Positions 10,764 to 19,832 of a DNA stretch of 64,000 nucleotides are shown in pieces; positions within the stretch are counted from its first letter, which is position 1; every line of letters starts with the position of its first letter. This DNA comes from Chthonomonadales bacterium. Lineage in GTDB: Bacteria > Armatimonadota > Chthonomonadetes > Chthonomonadales > CAJBBX01. The translations under genes and the position numbers were made by a program. The notes under the pieces were generated by a model. That model was not told the DNA's origin, searched no databases, and saw only the letters and a program-made list of their open reading frames with translations. Location of the stretch: the NCBI GenBank assembly GCA_037443035.1, contig JBBIPC010000010.1, positions 44,276 through 108,275 on the forward strand. Reading direction: 5' to 3'.

Positions 10764-12140
10764 CTACGAGGACGGAGGGGACGAGGTCGTTGCATCAATG
10801 AAGGATCGGCTCTGAGCCGATGGTATCTGCAATCGGCCGCCCGGACCCAGAACCGCACGCCTGCGACGGCTCACATTCGCCCCCGCCGCCAGCGCATAGC
10901 CGAATACGAACCACAGCGGCTTTCGACGGATCCAGTTGCTCGTCAAGGCTGCAGCCATCACCGCGACTGTAAGCATGATGGGCAGCATGCCATGTCTAGT
11001 GCGGCTCGCCCTCCGGGCCAATGCGAAGCACACTCCGACCCCCGCCAGGAACGGGACCATACCGACGACGCCTGTCTCTGTGAGGATGTACAGGTAGAGG
11101 TCATGGGGGTCCAGGGACTCCCGCCGCTGCTCTGTCGTTGGGGCTCGTTTGGCCAGCTCCCGTGTGTTCCCCTCCGGTCCCCAGCCCAGGACTGGGCGTT
11201 CCCATATCATCGCCAGAGCCGCTGGGTAGATCCGCTCCCGTCCCGCCAGCCGTCCAGCCGCCACGGCTTCTTCCCATCGAGCGCGGGAGATGAACACCGT
11301 GTAGACGGTGTAGTACAGGACCGTACCAAGCACGACGAACAGAGCCAGGTTGCGGAATCTTCGGGCCAGCGTCTCGCCCTGGAAGGCCAGCGTGAGGAGC
11401 CCTCCGGCAATACCGACGACCGCTCCACGGGACCCCGTACTCGCCATAGCGTAGAGGAGCACGAGCACCACCACCGGGGTTGTCCACTTTCCGAAGCGGC
11501 TACTGAAGCGGGAGGTGAAGGCCATGCCGATGTGTATGAGGAGACCCAGGGCCAGGGTCGCGCCGAGAGCATTGGCGTTAGCCCCTCCAAAGGATAGGCG
11601 GGCTCCGTGACTAGTGAGAACTGTGGTGCGACCGACGCCAAGCATCATCAGCACGGCAATGGACACGCAGCCTGCCACGAACGCGCGTAGCCCCAGAACT
11701 GCCGCCTCTTCGTCCCTCATGACGTTCGCCGTTATCCACATCATGCATAGAAGTTGCGCCACAGTCGTCAGCCTGCCAAGGACCGCGCTGGCATAGTTCA
11801 CGGAGAGCGGCAGACCCATCAGGAAGGCCACCATGAGATAAGCGAAGAACCACCAAAACGCGGCCGGAGGACGCCGCAGTGTCACGCGCGGCTGAAGCAG
11901 GGCCGCGGCCAAGAACAGGAACCCGATGATCTTGGTGAGTGCGAACGTCTCACCGACTACCGAGAACATGTCGAACGGCAGGGAGCCGGCGAAGAGGATG
12001 AAGGCAACGCGAACGAATCGGTTGAGATGAACGCTGAGCCCCGGCTGCGGCTGAGCAGCGGTTGGCTGGACCTCGCCGGCTGTGGCGGCTATAGGGGTCG
12101 GACGAGCGTTCCGTATGTCAGATACGTGCACGGAAGCCAT
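10764..12140 (-). CDS. O-antigen ligase/polymerase-like membrane protein (Wzy_C family)
   Basis: Many TM segments; NANALG, STGSRGA, GR...W.RPVLGWG, DPHDLYLYILTETGVVG. Confidence 0.85.
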   Translation of the reverse strand: MASVHVSDIRNARPTPIAATAGEVQPTAAQPQPGLSVHLNRFVRVAFILFAGSLPFDMFSVVGETFALTKIIGFLFLAAALLQPRVTLRRPPAAFWWFFAYLMVAFLMGLPLSVNYASAVLGRLTTVAQLLCMMWITANVMRDEEAAVLGLRAFVAGCVSIAVLMMLGVGRTTVLTSHGARLSFGGANANALGATLALGLLIHIGMAFTSRFSSRFGKWTTPVVVLVLLYAMASTGSRGAVVGIAGGLLTLAFQGETLARRFRNLALFVVLGTVLYYTVYTVFISRARWEEAVAAGRLAGRERIYPAALAMIWERPVLGWGPEGNTRELAKRAPTTEQRRESLDPHDLYLYILTETGVVGMVPFLAGVGVCFALARRASRTRHGMLPIMLTVAVMAAALTSNWIRRKPLWFVFGYALAAGANVSRRRRAVLGPGGRLQIPSAQSRSFIDATTSSPPSS

Positions 12141-12144
12141 TGTA

Positions 12145-12951
12145 CTACACGTGCCTGTCGGCAATGCGTGCGCCATCGGAAGCCAGCGCTGTGACGTAGA
12201 TCCGGTTCTGTGCTAGCGACGCCACACAGTGCGGCATGGGAAGGGCTGTGAGGCACCGCTCCAACGGCAGAATGATCGGCGCGGGCAAGAGCATGCGCTG
12301 TTCCGAGAACGGAAGGAAGGCCACGGAATAGGTGCGGAGGACGCGGAGCCCGGCCGCACGGAGCATCTCCACGACCTCCCGATCAGACAGGATCCTGCCA
12401 CCGACGCGTCGGTGAAGGAATCGCGCGACGCGGAGGAGACTGCTGTCCGAGTTCTGGTGATTGTTAAATACTAGGATTCCGTCCGGCTCCAGATGGCGGA
12501 CAAGCACGCTGAGAACGCTCGAGCGCAGTTCCGGTTGCGCGTTGGCAAAGAAACGGAAGGCCGTGACGACGTCGAACGTCCGTCCGGCCAGTACGTCCTC
12601 TTGTGTGATGTCTGATTCTACCAGTTCGGCCGAGCGGACACGCTCACGAGCTACGCCGAGCATCTCGGCTGAGATATCCACACCAACCGCCTCGGCCACG
12701 TGGGGCTCCAGATAGGACACGATGCGACCTGTGCCGCAAGCGAAGTCCAATAGCCGCAGCGGTCGCCTCGGCGCATACCTACGAAGGACTTCGAGCAACA
12801 CCTGTTGCTCGATCGCCCAGACCATGTTGCGATGGCGGTTCTCGGCGAAGCGTGCATCATATGCTTTCCCCTTGCCAGGCGTCATGTGGGACCGACGGTA
12901 ATCCCGCCCCGTCATCGCGCTCTCGTCGTCGTGCTTGGGTGATGTACTCAT
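12145..12951 (-). CDS. Class I SAM-dependent methyltransferase
   Basis: LLDFACGTG, GVDISAEML, FDVVTAFRFF, LEPDGILV. Confidence 0.9.
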   Translation of the reverse strand: MSTSPKHDDESAMTGRDYRRSHMTPGKGKAYDARFAENRHRNMVWAIEQQVLLEVLRRYAPRRPLRLLDFACGTGRIVSYLEPHVAEAVGVDISAEMLGVARERVRSAELVESDITQEDVLAGRTFDVVTAFRFFANAQPELRSSVLSVLVRHLEPDGILVFNNHQNSDSSLLRVARFLHRRVGGRILSDREVVEMLRAAGLRVLRTYSVAFLPFSEQRMLLPAPIILPLERCLTALPMPHCVASLAQNRIYVTALASDGARIADRHV

Positions 12952-12958
12952 TCGCGTT

Positions 12959-13747
12959 TCATAGTCGGCCAACAAGCCGCAGAAGCCTCAGGTCTCCCAG
13001 CAGCCAACAGACCCGTCGTCTCCAGGGGCTCATAGCATTCCGACGGCCGGCATCCACAGGCCATACTCGACGCATATACGCGCCCACATCCTTCATAGTC
13101 ACTCGAACGTGAGTACTCTCCAGGTACGCAGTGATGAAACGTAGGCAGAACTCGTCAACTGGTTTGCCGTGGCGAAATATAATACCCGGCCGGAGATAAT
13201 GCCATCGGACGAACCAGAACACATCGAAGAGGGGCGTACCCGTCGTCACCGTCTCGCCAACGCGCCACGATGTCAGCCAGTCGATAATGATTGGCGTCTG
13301 GTCCTGCACGGAAAGCAGGATGTTGGATCCCGTGAAGTCGCCGTGCAACCAGACCCGATCTCCCGTGCTGCAGTCGTAATCGGGAGGTAAGCTCGACTCC
13401 AGTTCCTGCGGCAGTGTAAGGTGCGTGTGAATGTGCGCCAAGACGGTGCCTAGCCGTTCGGCTAGAGAGTGATCGCGGTAGATGGCCTTCGGCGCGCAGG
13501 CTAGCGGAGCCGCGTTGTGGATCCGCTCGAACACGGCTACGCCTTCGGCTTCCTGAAACTCGAGCACCTGGGGCACGCGAAACCGACCCTCCTCCGATAT
13601 TCCGTGGGCAGACCGAGTTTTCTCCACTTCGATTCGGAGCAAGTCCGGCCGGCCTCGCTTCCGGACAGTGTCGCCGAGAACAACGGATCTCGATGCGCGG
13701 TCGAGGTCATGGCGTCGTCGAAACTCGGCTGCACTACCAGGCACCAC
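12959..13747 (-). CDS. Aminoglycoside-phosphotransferase/kinase-like protein
   Basis: RVPQVL, LAHIH, catalytic-loop HGDFTGSNIL and IIID motifs. Confidence 0.75.
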   Translation of the reverse strand: MVPGSAAEFRRRHDLDRASRSVVLGDTVRKRGRPDLLRIEVEKTRSAHGISEEGRFRVPQVLEFQEAEGVAVFERIHNAAPLACAPKAIYRDHSLAERLGTVLAHIHTHLTLPQELESSLPPDYDCSTGDRVWLHGDFTGSNILLSVQDQTPIIIDWLTSWRVGETVTTGTPLFDVFWFVRWHYLRPGIIFRHGKPVDEFCLRFITAYLESTHVRVTMKDVGAYMRRVWPVDAGRRNAMSPWRRRVCWLLGDLRLLRLVGRL

Positions 13748-13765
13748 TCTCAGACCCCCAGAAGC

Positions 13766-15193
13766 TCAACCTGCACGTCTCGCGCGTATAGACTGCACCG
13801 CCCACGTGCCGGGTTCCACGAACACTCCAGACAGAATGTTACTCACCGACAACCGTGATGTGCGGCGATACAGCAAGAGGACCATGATGCCCGACAAAGA
13901 GTACGCCAGGGATGACGCGACCGCAGCGCCCACAATGCCCGACCGAGGGATCAGGAGAAAATCCAGCGGCACGGTCAGCACCAGGCCAGCGACGGTCGTG
14001 TATGTCAGCACCTCCGGATGGCCAGCGCCCGCGGCAGCGTGACACAGCACGCGGACGACGGCGATGGCGGCCATGCCTGGCAACAGCCACCGCGCCGGCG
14101 CGACGGATCCGGCGAACGCGGGGCCGAACGCCATGGGAATGATCCAATCAACGGCGAGTGCCCATACAAGGGCCAGCAACGCAACGACATAGAGTGTGGC
14201 ACCGGTGGCGAGCATGGCCAGCCGGTCTCTGGCCTCGCCCTGGAGGGAGGAAACGGTGGGGTAGACGACGATATTGACGGCCGTCGGCACCAAGAGGAGC
14301 AACTCCGCGACAGCGACCGCTGTGGAATACAGACCCAACTGGGCATTACCCAGGAAGGCGTTGACGATGAAACTGTCCAAACGGTAGTTCAGAACCTGCG
14401 CCAGGAGGCCAATGTAGAATCGCATGCCGTAGCGCAGGAACTCTCGCGTGAACAACGCTTCCCCCGGCGCCCAGATGGGCGCGTGATGCTTCAGCGTCAA
14501 GATCGCCAGACCTGCACCCACGGTGAGAATCGATGCGAGGACATTCAGACCGACCACGATGTTCGCCGTGAGGCGAAACGAAAGGGCCATATTCACGACT
14601 AGGGCCAAGACTACGAGCCCAGGCATGGCTACCCACAGGGAGTTCCGGCTCCTGAAGTCCTTGAGACCCGCAAAGAAACTGGCCTGAGTATTGCGCAGGA
14701 ACAGCAGAATGGCGAACAGAGCCGACAACCCGAGCAGCACCGGCGTCAGACCTTTGAGGAAAGGCACTCTCCGCAGCGCGAAGACGACAGCATAGGACAG
14801 GAGCCACATGGCCACTACGAACGGGACAAGGCGCCACAATGCGCCTACGGTATCGCGCTTGGCACTAGCACTGCCTTGGCCGCGCGCCACGAAGTAGTTG
14901 ACCGACCATGGGACGCCGAGATGAAACGTCGCCTGGACTAGTGTGGCAACATTCAGCGCGAGGACCACCTGGCCGCGGCCCGTCGGTCCCAGGACTCTCG
15001 TAGCCAATACCGTGTTCGCAACGCCCAGCACTAGGACGCCCAGTTCAGTCCCGAACACGGACAGGATACTCCTCCGGAGCCTGGCCGGCGGCTTCCGGGG
15101 CGCCGGTGCGTCAGTCTCGGAACCGGCACCGGCGTCATTCATGGTGTGTGTTGGACCGTCGTCGCATGTTGTTGGAGTAGTGGACATTCGCAA
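13766..15193 (-). CDS. wzx: Wzx-type oligosaccharide flippase
   Basis: About 12-14 hydrophobic segments; TRVLGP..RG, NYRLD, LGLYSTAV, LLIPRSGIVGAAVASSLAY; true start may be 15187 or 15142. Confidence 0.85.
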   Translation of the reverse strand: MRMSTTPTTCDDGPTHTMNDAGAGSETDAPAPRKPPARLRRSILSVFGTELGVLVLGVANTVLATRVLGPTGRGQVVLALNVATLVQATFHLGVPWSVNYFVARGQGSASAKRDTVGALWRLVPFVVAMWLLSYAVVFALRRVPFLKGLTPVLLGLSALFAILLFLRNTQASFFAGLKDFRSRNSLWVAMPGLVVLALVVNMALSFRLTANIVVGLNVLASILTVGAGLAILTLKHHAPIWAPGEALFTREFLRYGMRFYIGLLAQVLNYRLDSFIVNAFLGNAQLGLYSTAVAVAELLLLVPTAVNIVVYPTVSSLQGEARDRLAMLATGATLYVVALLALVWALAVDWIIPMAFGPAFAGSVAPARWLLPGMAAIAVVRVLCHAAAGAGHPEVLTYTTVAGLVLTVPLDFLLIPRSGIVGAAVASSLAYSLSGIMVLLLYRRTSRLSVSNILSGVFVEPGTWAVQSIRARRAG

Positions 15194-15374
15194 CGGGTAT
15201 CATACCCTCTCGGCTCCCGCCGGTTGTGAACGAAGGGGGGCGGCCACCCGAGTTCCGCCAGACTAAGCTCCACCAGGGCCAAGGGCTGCCCAGACTCGCC
15301 TGGTAACGGCGGACGAGGTATCATGGCCCACGAGACCCTGCCGGAGGACCTGAGCACAGAGAAAGGACCGACCA

Positions 15375-15566
15375 TTGCCGCCTCAAGCCCCTGCACCACA
15401 GCCGAATGCCCTTGCGGACTTCCTTGCGATCGCGTGCAAGGAGGGGCTTTGGAGCACCCCAGAGCGTCTGGCGCGCTATGCGGCCTACGTGTTCGCCCAG
15501 CCAAGTCTGGACGTAGCAACGATACGGCCACTGCGCCGATGGGCAGGGCGAACGACCAATGCTTAG
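15375..15566 (+). pseudogene. Possible truncated N-terminal remnant of a polysaccharide-associated gene
   Basis: AAAGGA precedes a TTG; ADFLAIACKEGLWSTPERLARYAAYVFAQ reads protein-like and then ends overlapping the next start. Confidence 0.25.
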
Positions 15567-16083
15567 CATTGCGAGGCTGGCCTGGCTTAGGTTGTATGCC
15601 TACCGGAATCCCGTCGGGCTAGCGCGGCGTATGGGGGCGACCATCGGCAAGGACTGCCGGATTCTGTGCAATCCACTCTCCTGCTTCGGCTCCGAACCCT
15701 ACCTTATCACCATCGGCGACCACGTCACGATAGCGGCCGGCGTACAGTTCGTAACCCACGACGGCGGCGTCTGGGTGTTTCGACAGGAAGATCCAGACCT
15801 GGATGTGTTCGGACGCATTAGCGTTGGTAACAACGTCTTCATAGGAATACGGGCCATCATATTACCGGGCGTCGCGATCGGCGACAACTGCGTGGTAGGT
15901 GCCGGCTCGGTCGTGACTCGGTCGGTTCCCCAAGGCACAGTCATCGCCGGAAACCCGGCCCGCCCGCTGTGCACGATCGAGCAGTATCGAGCCAAGGTTG
16001 CTACAAAGGCAGCGCGAATACGGTCTATGCCCGCTGCGGAGAAGAGGCGCTGGCTGCTTGAGCACCTGGACCAGCTTCCGTAA
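15559..16083 (+). CDS. Hexapeptide-repeat (LbH) acyltransferase, divergent from the cluster
   Basis: FGSEPYLITIGDHVTI, FVTHDGG, VGNNVFIG, IGDNCVVGAGSVVT, AGNPAR. Confidence 0.9.
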   Translation: MLSIARLAWLRLYAYRNPVGLARRMGATIGKDCRILCNPLSCFGSEPYLITIGDHVTIAAGVQFVTHDGGVWVFRQEDPDLDVFGRISVGNNVFIGIRAIILPGVAIGDNCVVGAGSVVTRSVPQGTVIAGNPARPLCTIEQYRAKVATKAARIRSMPAAEKRRWLLEHLDQLP

Positions 16084-16234
16084 CTGAGTGCGAACGAACT
16101 CGGGGCACGGAGCGATTCCTCCATCCTCTCCACTCACTCATCTTGACCGAGAATCCGCGAAGGCGGGAGTACTTGGCAGGACCCATACCGAACATTCGCG
16201 AAATAAGTCACAATCTTGACGAGGAGGAGCGCGC

Positions 16235-17302
16235 ATGAGCGAACGGTACAGATTGGCGGTGATCGGTGTAGGGCGACCGTGGAAAACAGAGGGCGCCACG
16301 GGCTTCGGGATGGCACACGCCCACGTCGGTGGCTTCCTCGAGACGGGCCGATGTGACCTGGTGGCCATCGCCGATATCAACATGGACAATGCGCATGCCT
16401 TCGCTGCTCAGTACGGCGGGCCGCGCATCTACGCTGACTACCAAGAAATGCTCTGCTCGGAGAAGCCAGACATTGTGAGCATCTGCACATGGCCCGATCT
16501 GCATGCTCCCATGACCTTGGCGGCCGCCGAAGCGGGCGTTCGCGCCATCCACTGCGAGAAGCCCATGGCGCCGACGTGGGGCGAGGCCAAGAATATGCAC
16601 AGCCGATGTGCGGAACTGGGCGTCCAGCTTACGTTCAACCATCAGCGACGCTTCCTCGAACCGTTCCAGACCGCGAAGCGTTTGCTACGTGAAGGCGCTA
16701 TCGGCACGCTCCAGCGACTGGAGGCCCAGTGCGGCGACATGTTCGACTGGGGTACGCACTGGCTGGACATGATGTTCTTCTACAACGACGAGACGCCTGC
16801 AGAGTGGGTCCTGGGGCAGATCGACGCCAGGAAGGTGCGCAAGGTCTTCGGCGTCCCCCTGGAGGAGCAAGGACTCTGCCATTTCAAGTTCGCCAACGGC
16901 GTCCGAGCGACGCTCTATACAGGCTACGAGATGGATATCGGGTGTGCCAACCGGCTCGTGGGGGACAAGGGCATCATCGAGGTGGGCTGGGGCGAACCGG
17001 TGCTCCGCCTGTGGACCGACCGTGCTGTGGGCTGGCAGATCGTGCCTACGACCGAGGGCATCCACGACGGTATCGCGCACGAGAGAGTGGCGGCGGACAT
17101 TGTTCGGTGCCTCGATACAGGAGACAGACCGCTCCTGTCCAGCTACCACGCTATCCAATCCACCGAAGTCATCTTCGCGACGTACGAGTCGTGCCGCCGA
17201 CGCGGGAGGGTGGACTTGCCTCTTACGACGGAGGATTCCGCGCTGCTCACCATGCTGAAGGAAGGGACCATCGGTCCGAGGGAGCGAGAAGCAGGTTCAT
17301 GA
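16235..17302 (+). CDS. Gfo/Idh/MocA family oxidoreductase
   Basis: AVIGVG, PDIVSICT..H, CEKPMA, NHQRRF, DWGTH..D; strong RBS GAGGAGG. Confidence 0.92.
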   Translation: MSERYRLAVIGVGRPWKTEGATGFGMAHAHVGGFLETGRCDLVAIADINMDNAHAFAAQYGGPRIYADYQEMLCSEKPDIVSICTWPDLHAPMTLAAAEAGVRAIHCEKPMAPTWGEAKNMHSRCAELGVQLTFNHQRRFLEPFQTAKRLLREGAIGTLQRLEAQCGDMFDWGTHWLDMMFFYNDETPAEWVLGQIDARKVRKVFGVPLEEQGLCHFKFANGVRATLYTGYEMDIGCANRLVGDKGIIEVGWGEPVLRLWTDRAVGWQIVPTTEGIHDGIAHERVAADIVRCLDTGDRPLLSSYHAIQSTEVIFATYESCRRRGRVDLPLTTEDSALLTMLKEGTIGPREREAGS

Positions 17303-17526
17303 TCACGATCGAGATTGACTACAGCGCGCCCCACTGCCCTTGCTGCAAGGCGAGCCGCTCCGCCGATCCGGAGAGACATTGGCCGTGGAGATGCGCCTGT
17401 TACAAGGGCTGTCAGGTAGCGGCTATGGGACGAAGCTGCGAAGGACCCGGGCACTGCTGGGACGGATGCCCCTACAAAGCACCGGACGAGGCTTGCTTCG
17501 GAGGCGGATGCACTGTTGCCGCCTGA
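17299..17526 (+). CDS. Small Cys-rich protein (75 aa, 11 Cys), unknown function
   Basis: ATGA overlap with the Gfo/Idh/MocA stop; MITIEIDYSAPHCPCC...CACYKGC...C...HCWDGCPY...C...C; hairpin after the stop. Confidence 0.6.
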   Translation: MITIEIDYSAPHCPCCKASRSADPERHWPWRCACYKGCQVAAMGRSCEGPGHCWDGCPYKAPDEACFGGGCTVAA

Positions 17527-17549
17527 GAGTAGCCCACCGGCCGCTACTC
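17527..17549. terminator. Small hairpin between convergent small ORFs
   Basis: GAGTAGC-9 nt-GCTACTC inverted repeat; no U-tract. Confidence 0.3.
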
Positions 17550-17614
17550 CACCGCGCATGAAAGCAGCCACGCGACCGTGAGCGCGTAGCGCCATGTGTG
17601 CAGGCCTAGCCTAC

Positions 17615-17830
17615 TTAGTCGAGACCCACCAGCATACCATCCGGGGTCAATAACCACCGGACGTTACTGTATAGCTCCCTCGCGCTCCGCAGAAGGTCGT
17701 TGTACCGCTGACACTCGTTGCATCTCTCGGCGTCGGTGTGAGCTTTGCCGCAAAGACCTTCAGCCGCGAAGGCGCACGGCACGTCTTGCCGGTTATGGAA
17801 TCCCTCTTCGAGGGGAATCTCTGTCGTCAT
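17615..17830 (-). CDS. Small protein (71 aa) with C-x7-C-x9-C-x2-C motif
   Basis: MTTEIPLEEGFHNRQDVPCAFAAEGLCGKAHTDAERCNECQRYNDLL...GLD; AGGA upstream; fills an otherwise empty gap. Confidence 0.5.
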   Translation of the reverse strand: MTTEIPLEEGFHNRQDVPCAFAAEGLCGKAHTDAERCNECQRYNDLLRSARELYSNVRWLLTPDGMLVGLD

Positions 17831-17975
17831 GTTGCGTGGTATCCTGTCATCTTCAGAGCAGAGCACGCCTCGTATCTGTGCGACTCTGCGCAAGCTACTA
17901 TACGCAGAAACGGGGCGAAAAGCTCCCGAAAGCGCCGCACGACGAGGCGGCCAGAGTCCGGAGGAGTAACACGCG

Positions 17976-19196
17976 ATGAACCAGCATCCCGAGATTGCCT
18001 GTGAAACACAGGTGGACCTGCCCGACGAGAGTCACGTGATGAGCACCTACGCGCGCCAGCCGGTTCAGCTTGTCCGTGGCGAGGGCACGCGCGTGTGGGA
18101 TGCGGCGGGTCGCGAATACCTGGACTTCCTGGCCGGGATCGCCGTCTGTGGCGTGGGGCACTGTCACCCCCACGTGGTGCAGGCCATCGCTGAGCAAGCT
18201 GGGCGCCTGATGCACGTCAGCAACCACTTCTACAATGAGCTGCAGCCCAGGCTGGCTGCGCGGCTATGCGCCTTGACGGGCATGGAGCGTGTGTTCTTCG
18301 GGAACTCCGGGGCAGAGGCCAACGAATGCGCGATCAAGATAGCCCGCAAGTGGGGCAAGATGCATCGCGGCCAGGACTGCTACGAGATCGTCACCTTCAC
18401 AGGTTCCTTCCATGGCCGCACACTGGCCACGGTCACAGCGACGGCGCAGGAGAAATACCAGGCGCCGTTCGCGCCACTGCCGCCGGGATTCGTCTATGTA
18501 GATGTCGGCGATGTGCAAGCCCTGGATGCTGCGATTACCGAACGAACCTGCGCCGTGATGATCGAGCCGATCCAGGGAGAGAGCGGCATTCGCATTGTCC
18601 CGACCGACTTCCTGAAGCTCATCCGCGCGCTGTGCGATGAGGTGGGCGCTCTGCTGATCTTCGACGAGGTGCAGAGCGGGATGGGGCGCACGGGTCGCTT
18701 CTTGGCGTCGCAGACCGCCGGTGTGGAAGGAGATATTGTGACGCTGGCCAAGAGTGTAGCCTCAGGAGTTCCCATGGGGGTCTGTCTGGCACGGGGCGAT
18801 GCGGCGAAAGTGCTGGTTCCTGGCGACCACGGTTCGACGTTCGGCGGCCAGCCTCTGGCCTGCGCATCAGCGTTGGCGACACTGGACGTGATCGAGAGCG
18901 AGGCGCTCATGGACCGAGCAGCCAGTGTCGGTGGCTATTTCCTCGGGCGTCTGGAAGAGCTGGCAGCAGAGTATCCCGCCGTTGTCAAAGAAGCGCGTGG
19001 CGTTGGGCTGATGCTGGCCCTGGAGCTAGCTGTACCGGAGGCGCGAAAGGTGCAGCGTGGCCTTCTCACGCGTGGTGTCATCGTCAATGCCGTGGGCGAC
19101 AGTATTCTCCGGTTTCTGCCACCGCTAGTAGTCACGGAAGCGGAATGCGCCGCGGTTGCCGACGCGCTTCACGCAGAGCTGGCGGAGCTCGCCTGA
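17976..19196 (+). CDS. argD: Acetylornithine aminotransferase
   Basis: YLDFLAGIAV, NSGAEANE, SFHGRT, EPIQGESG, DEVQSGMGRTG, TLAK, HGSTFGG; RBS GGAGG. Confidence 0.93.
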   Translation: MNQHPEIACETQVDLPDESHVMSTYARQPVQLVRGEGTRVWDAAGREYLDFLAGIAVCGVGHCHPHVVQAIAEQAGRLMHVSNHFYNELQPRLAARLCALTGMERVFFGNSGAEANECAIKIARKWGKMHRGQDCYEIVTFTGSFHGRTLATVTATAQEKYQAPFAPLPPGFVYVDVGDVQALDAAITERTCAVMIEPIQGESGIRIVPTDFLKLIRALCDEVGALLIFDEVQSGMGRTGRFLASQTAGVEGDIVTLAKSVASGVPMGVCLARGDAAKVLVPGDHGSTFGGQPLACASALATLDVIESEALMDRAASVGGYFLGRLEELAAEYPAVVKEARGVGLMLALELAVPEARKVQRGLLTRGVIVNAVGDSILRFLPPLVVTEAECAAVADALHAELAELA

Positions 19197-19215
19197 CGAC
19201 ACAGCGGGGACTCGT

Positions 19216-19794
19216 CTAACCCGGGTGCTCGCCTCTGAAAGGGAAGCGCTCTACCAGCGAATACTCAGATCCTGTCGGGCGGAGTGTGCTCCGCATGAGT
19301 ACCATGCTGTCCACGGTAATGGTGGCGATCTCGCCGAGGTTCAGTTGGGCAAGTCCATCGGCGGCAGCGGACTCCGCCTCGTAAGTCTTGATCCGCGCTA
19401 TCGTCAGGTGGGCCGTCGGAACCTTGCTCTCGCGGCGGAAATGCTCCCGGGCAAGGGCATCGTCCATGAGCCTGGCCATGCGCTCGAACTCCTGAGCGCC
19501 GGATGTGGCCCCAATCCAGAGAACGCTCGGCCGACGTGGTGTGGGAAAAGCGCCGAGGCCGCCCAGCGTCAAACGGAAGGGTGCTAAATTGTCGCAGATC
19601 CGCTCGGCAATCTCCACAGCCTTCTGTGCCCGTGACATGGTCTGCTCGCCTAGGAACTTCACGGTGTAGTGGAACTGCTCGGGGCGGACCCAGCGAATGG
19701 ACGGGCACTCCATGGCACGGCGTAAATCGGCTTGAACCTTCTCCAGGGCCAGGAGAACCTCCGGCGGTATCGTCACAGCGAAGAATAGGCGCAT
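19216..19794 (-). CDS. thpR: RNA 2',3'-cyclic phosphodiesterase (2H family, LigT/ThpR)
   Basis: MRLFFA, two HxT motifs (HYT, HLT), SVLWIG, S.L...G..Y. Confidence 0.9.
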   Translation of the reverse strand: MRLFFAVTIPPEVLLALEKVQADLRRAMECPSIRWVRPEQFHYTVKFLGEQTMSRAQKAVEIAERICDNLAPFRLTLGGLGAFPTPRRPSVLWIGATSGAQEFERMARLMDDALAREHFRRESKVPTAHLTIARIKTYEAESAAADGLAQLNLGEIATITVDSMVLMRSTLRPTGSEYSLVERFPFRGEHPG

Positions 19795-19832
19795 GCTAGT
19801 TCGTCAGTCTCCTTGATCGATCCCTGTGTTGC

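Noticed and set aside
16729..17298. 5' part of the 265-aa ORF 16729..17526
   Set aside because: Overlaps the Gfo/Idh/MocA gene out of frame; only the part from 17299 is plausible
17884..17965. Riboswitch in the argD leader
   Set aside because: Only short GC-rich hairpins; no recognisable aptamer consensus
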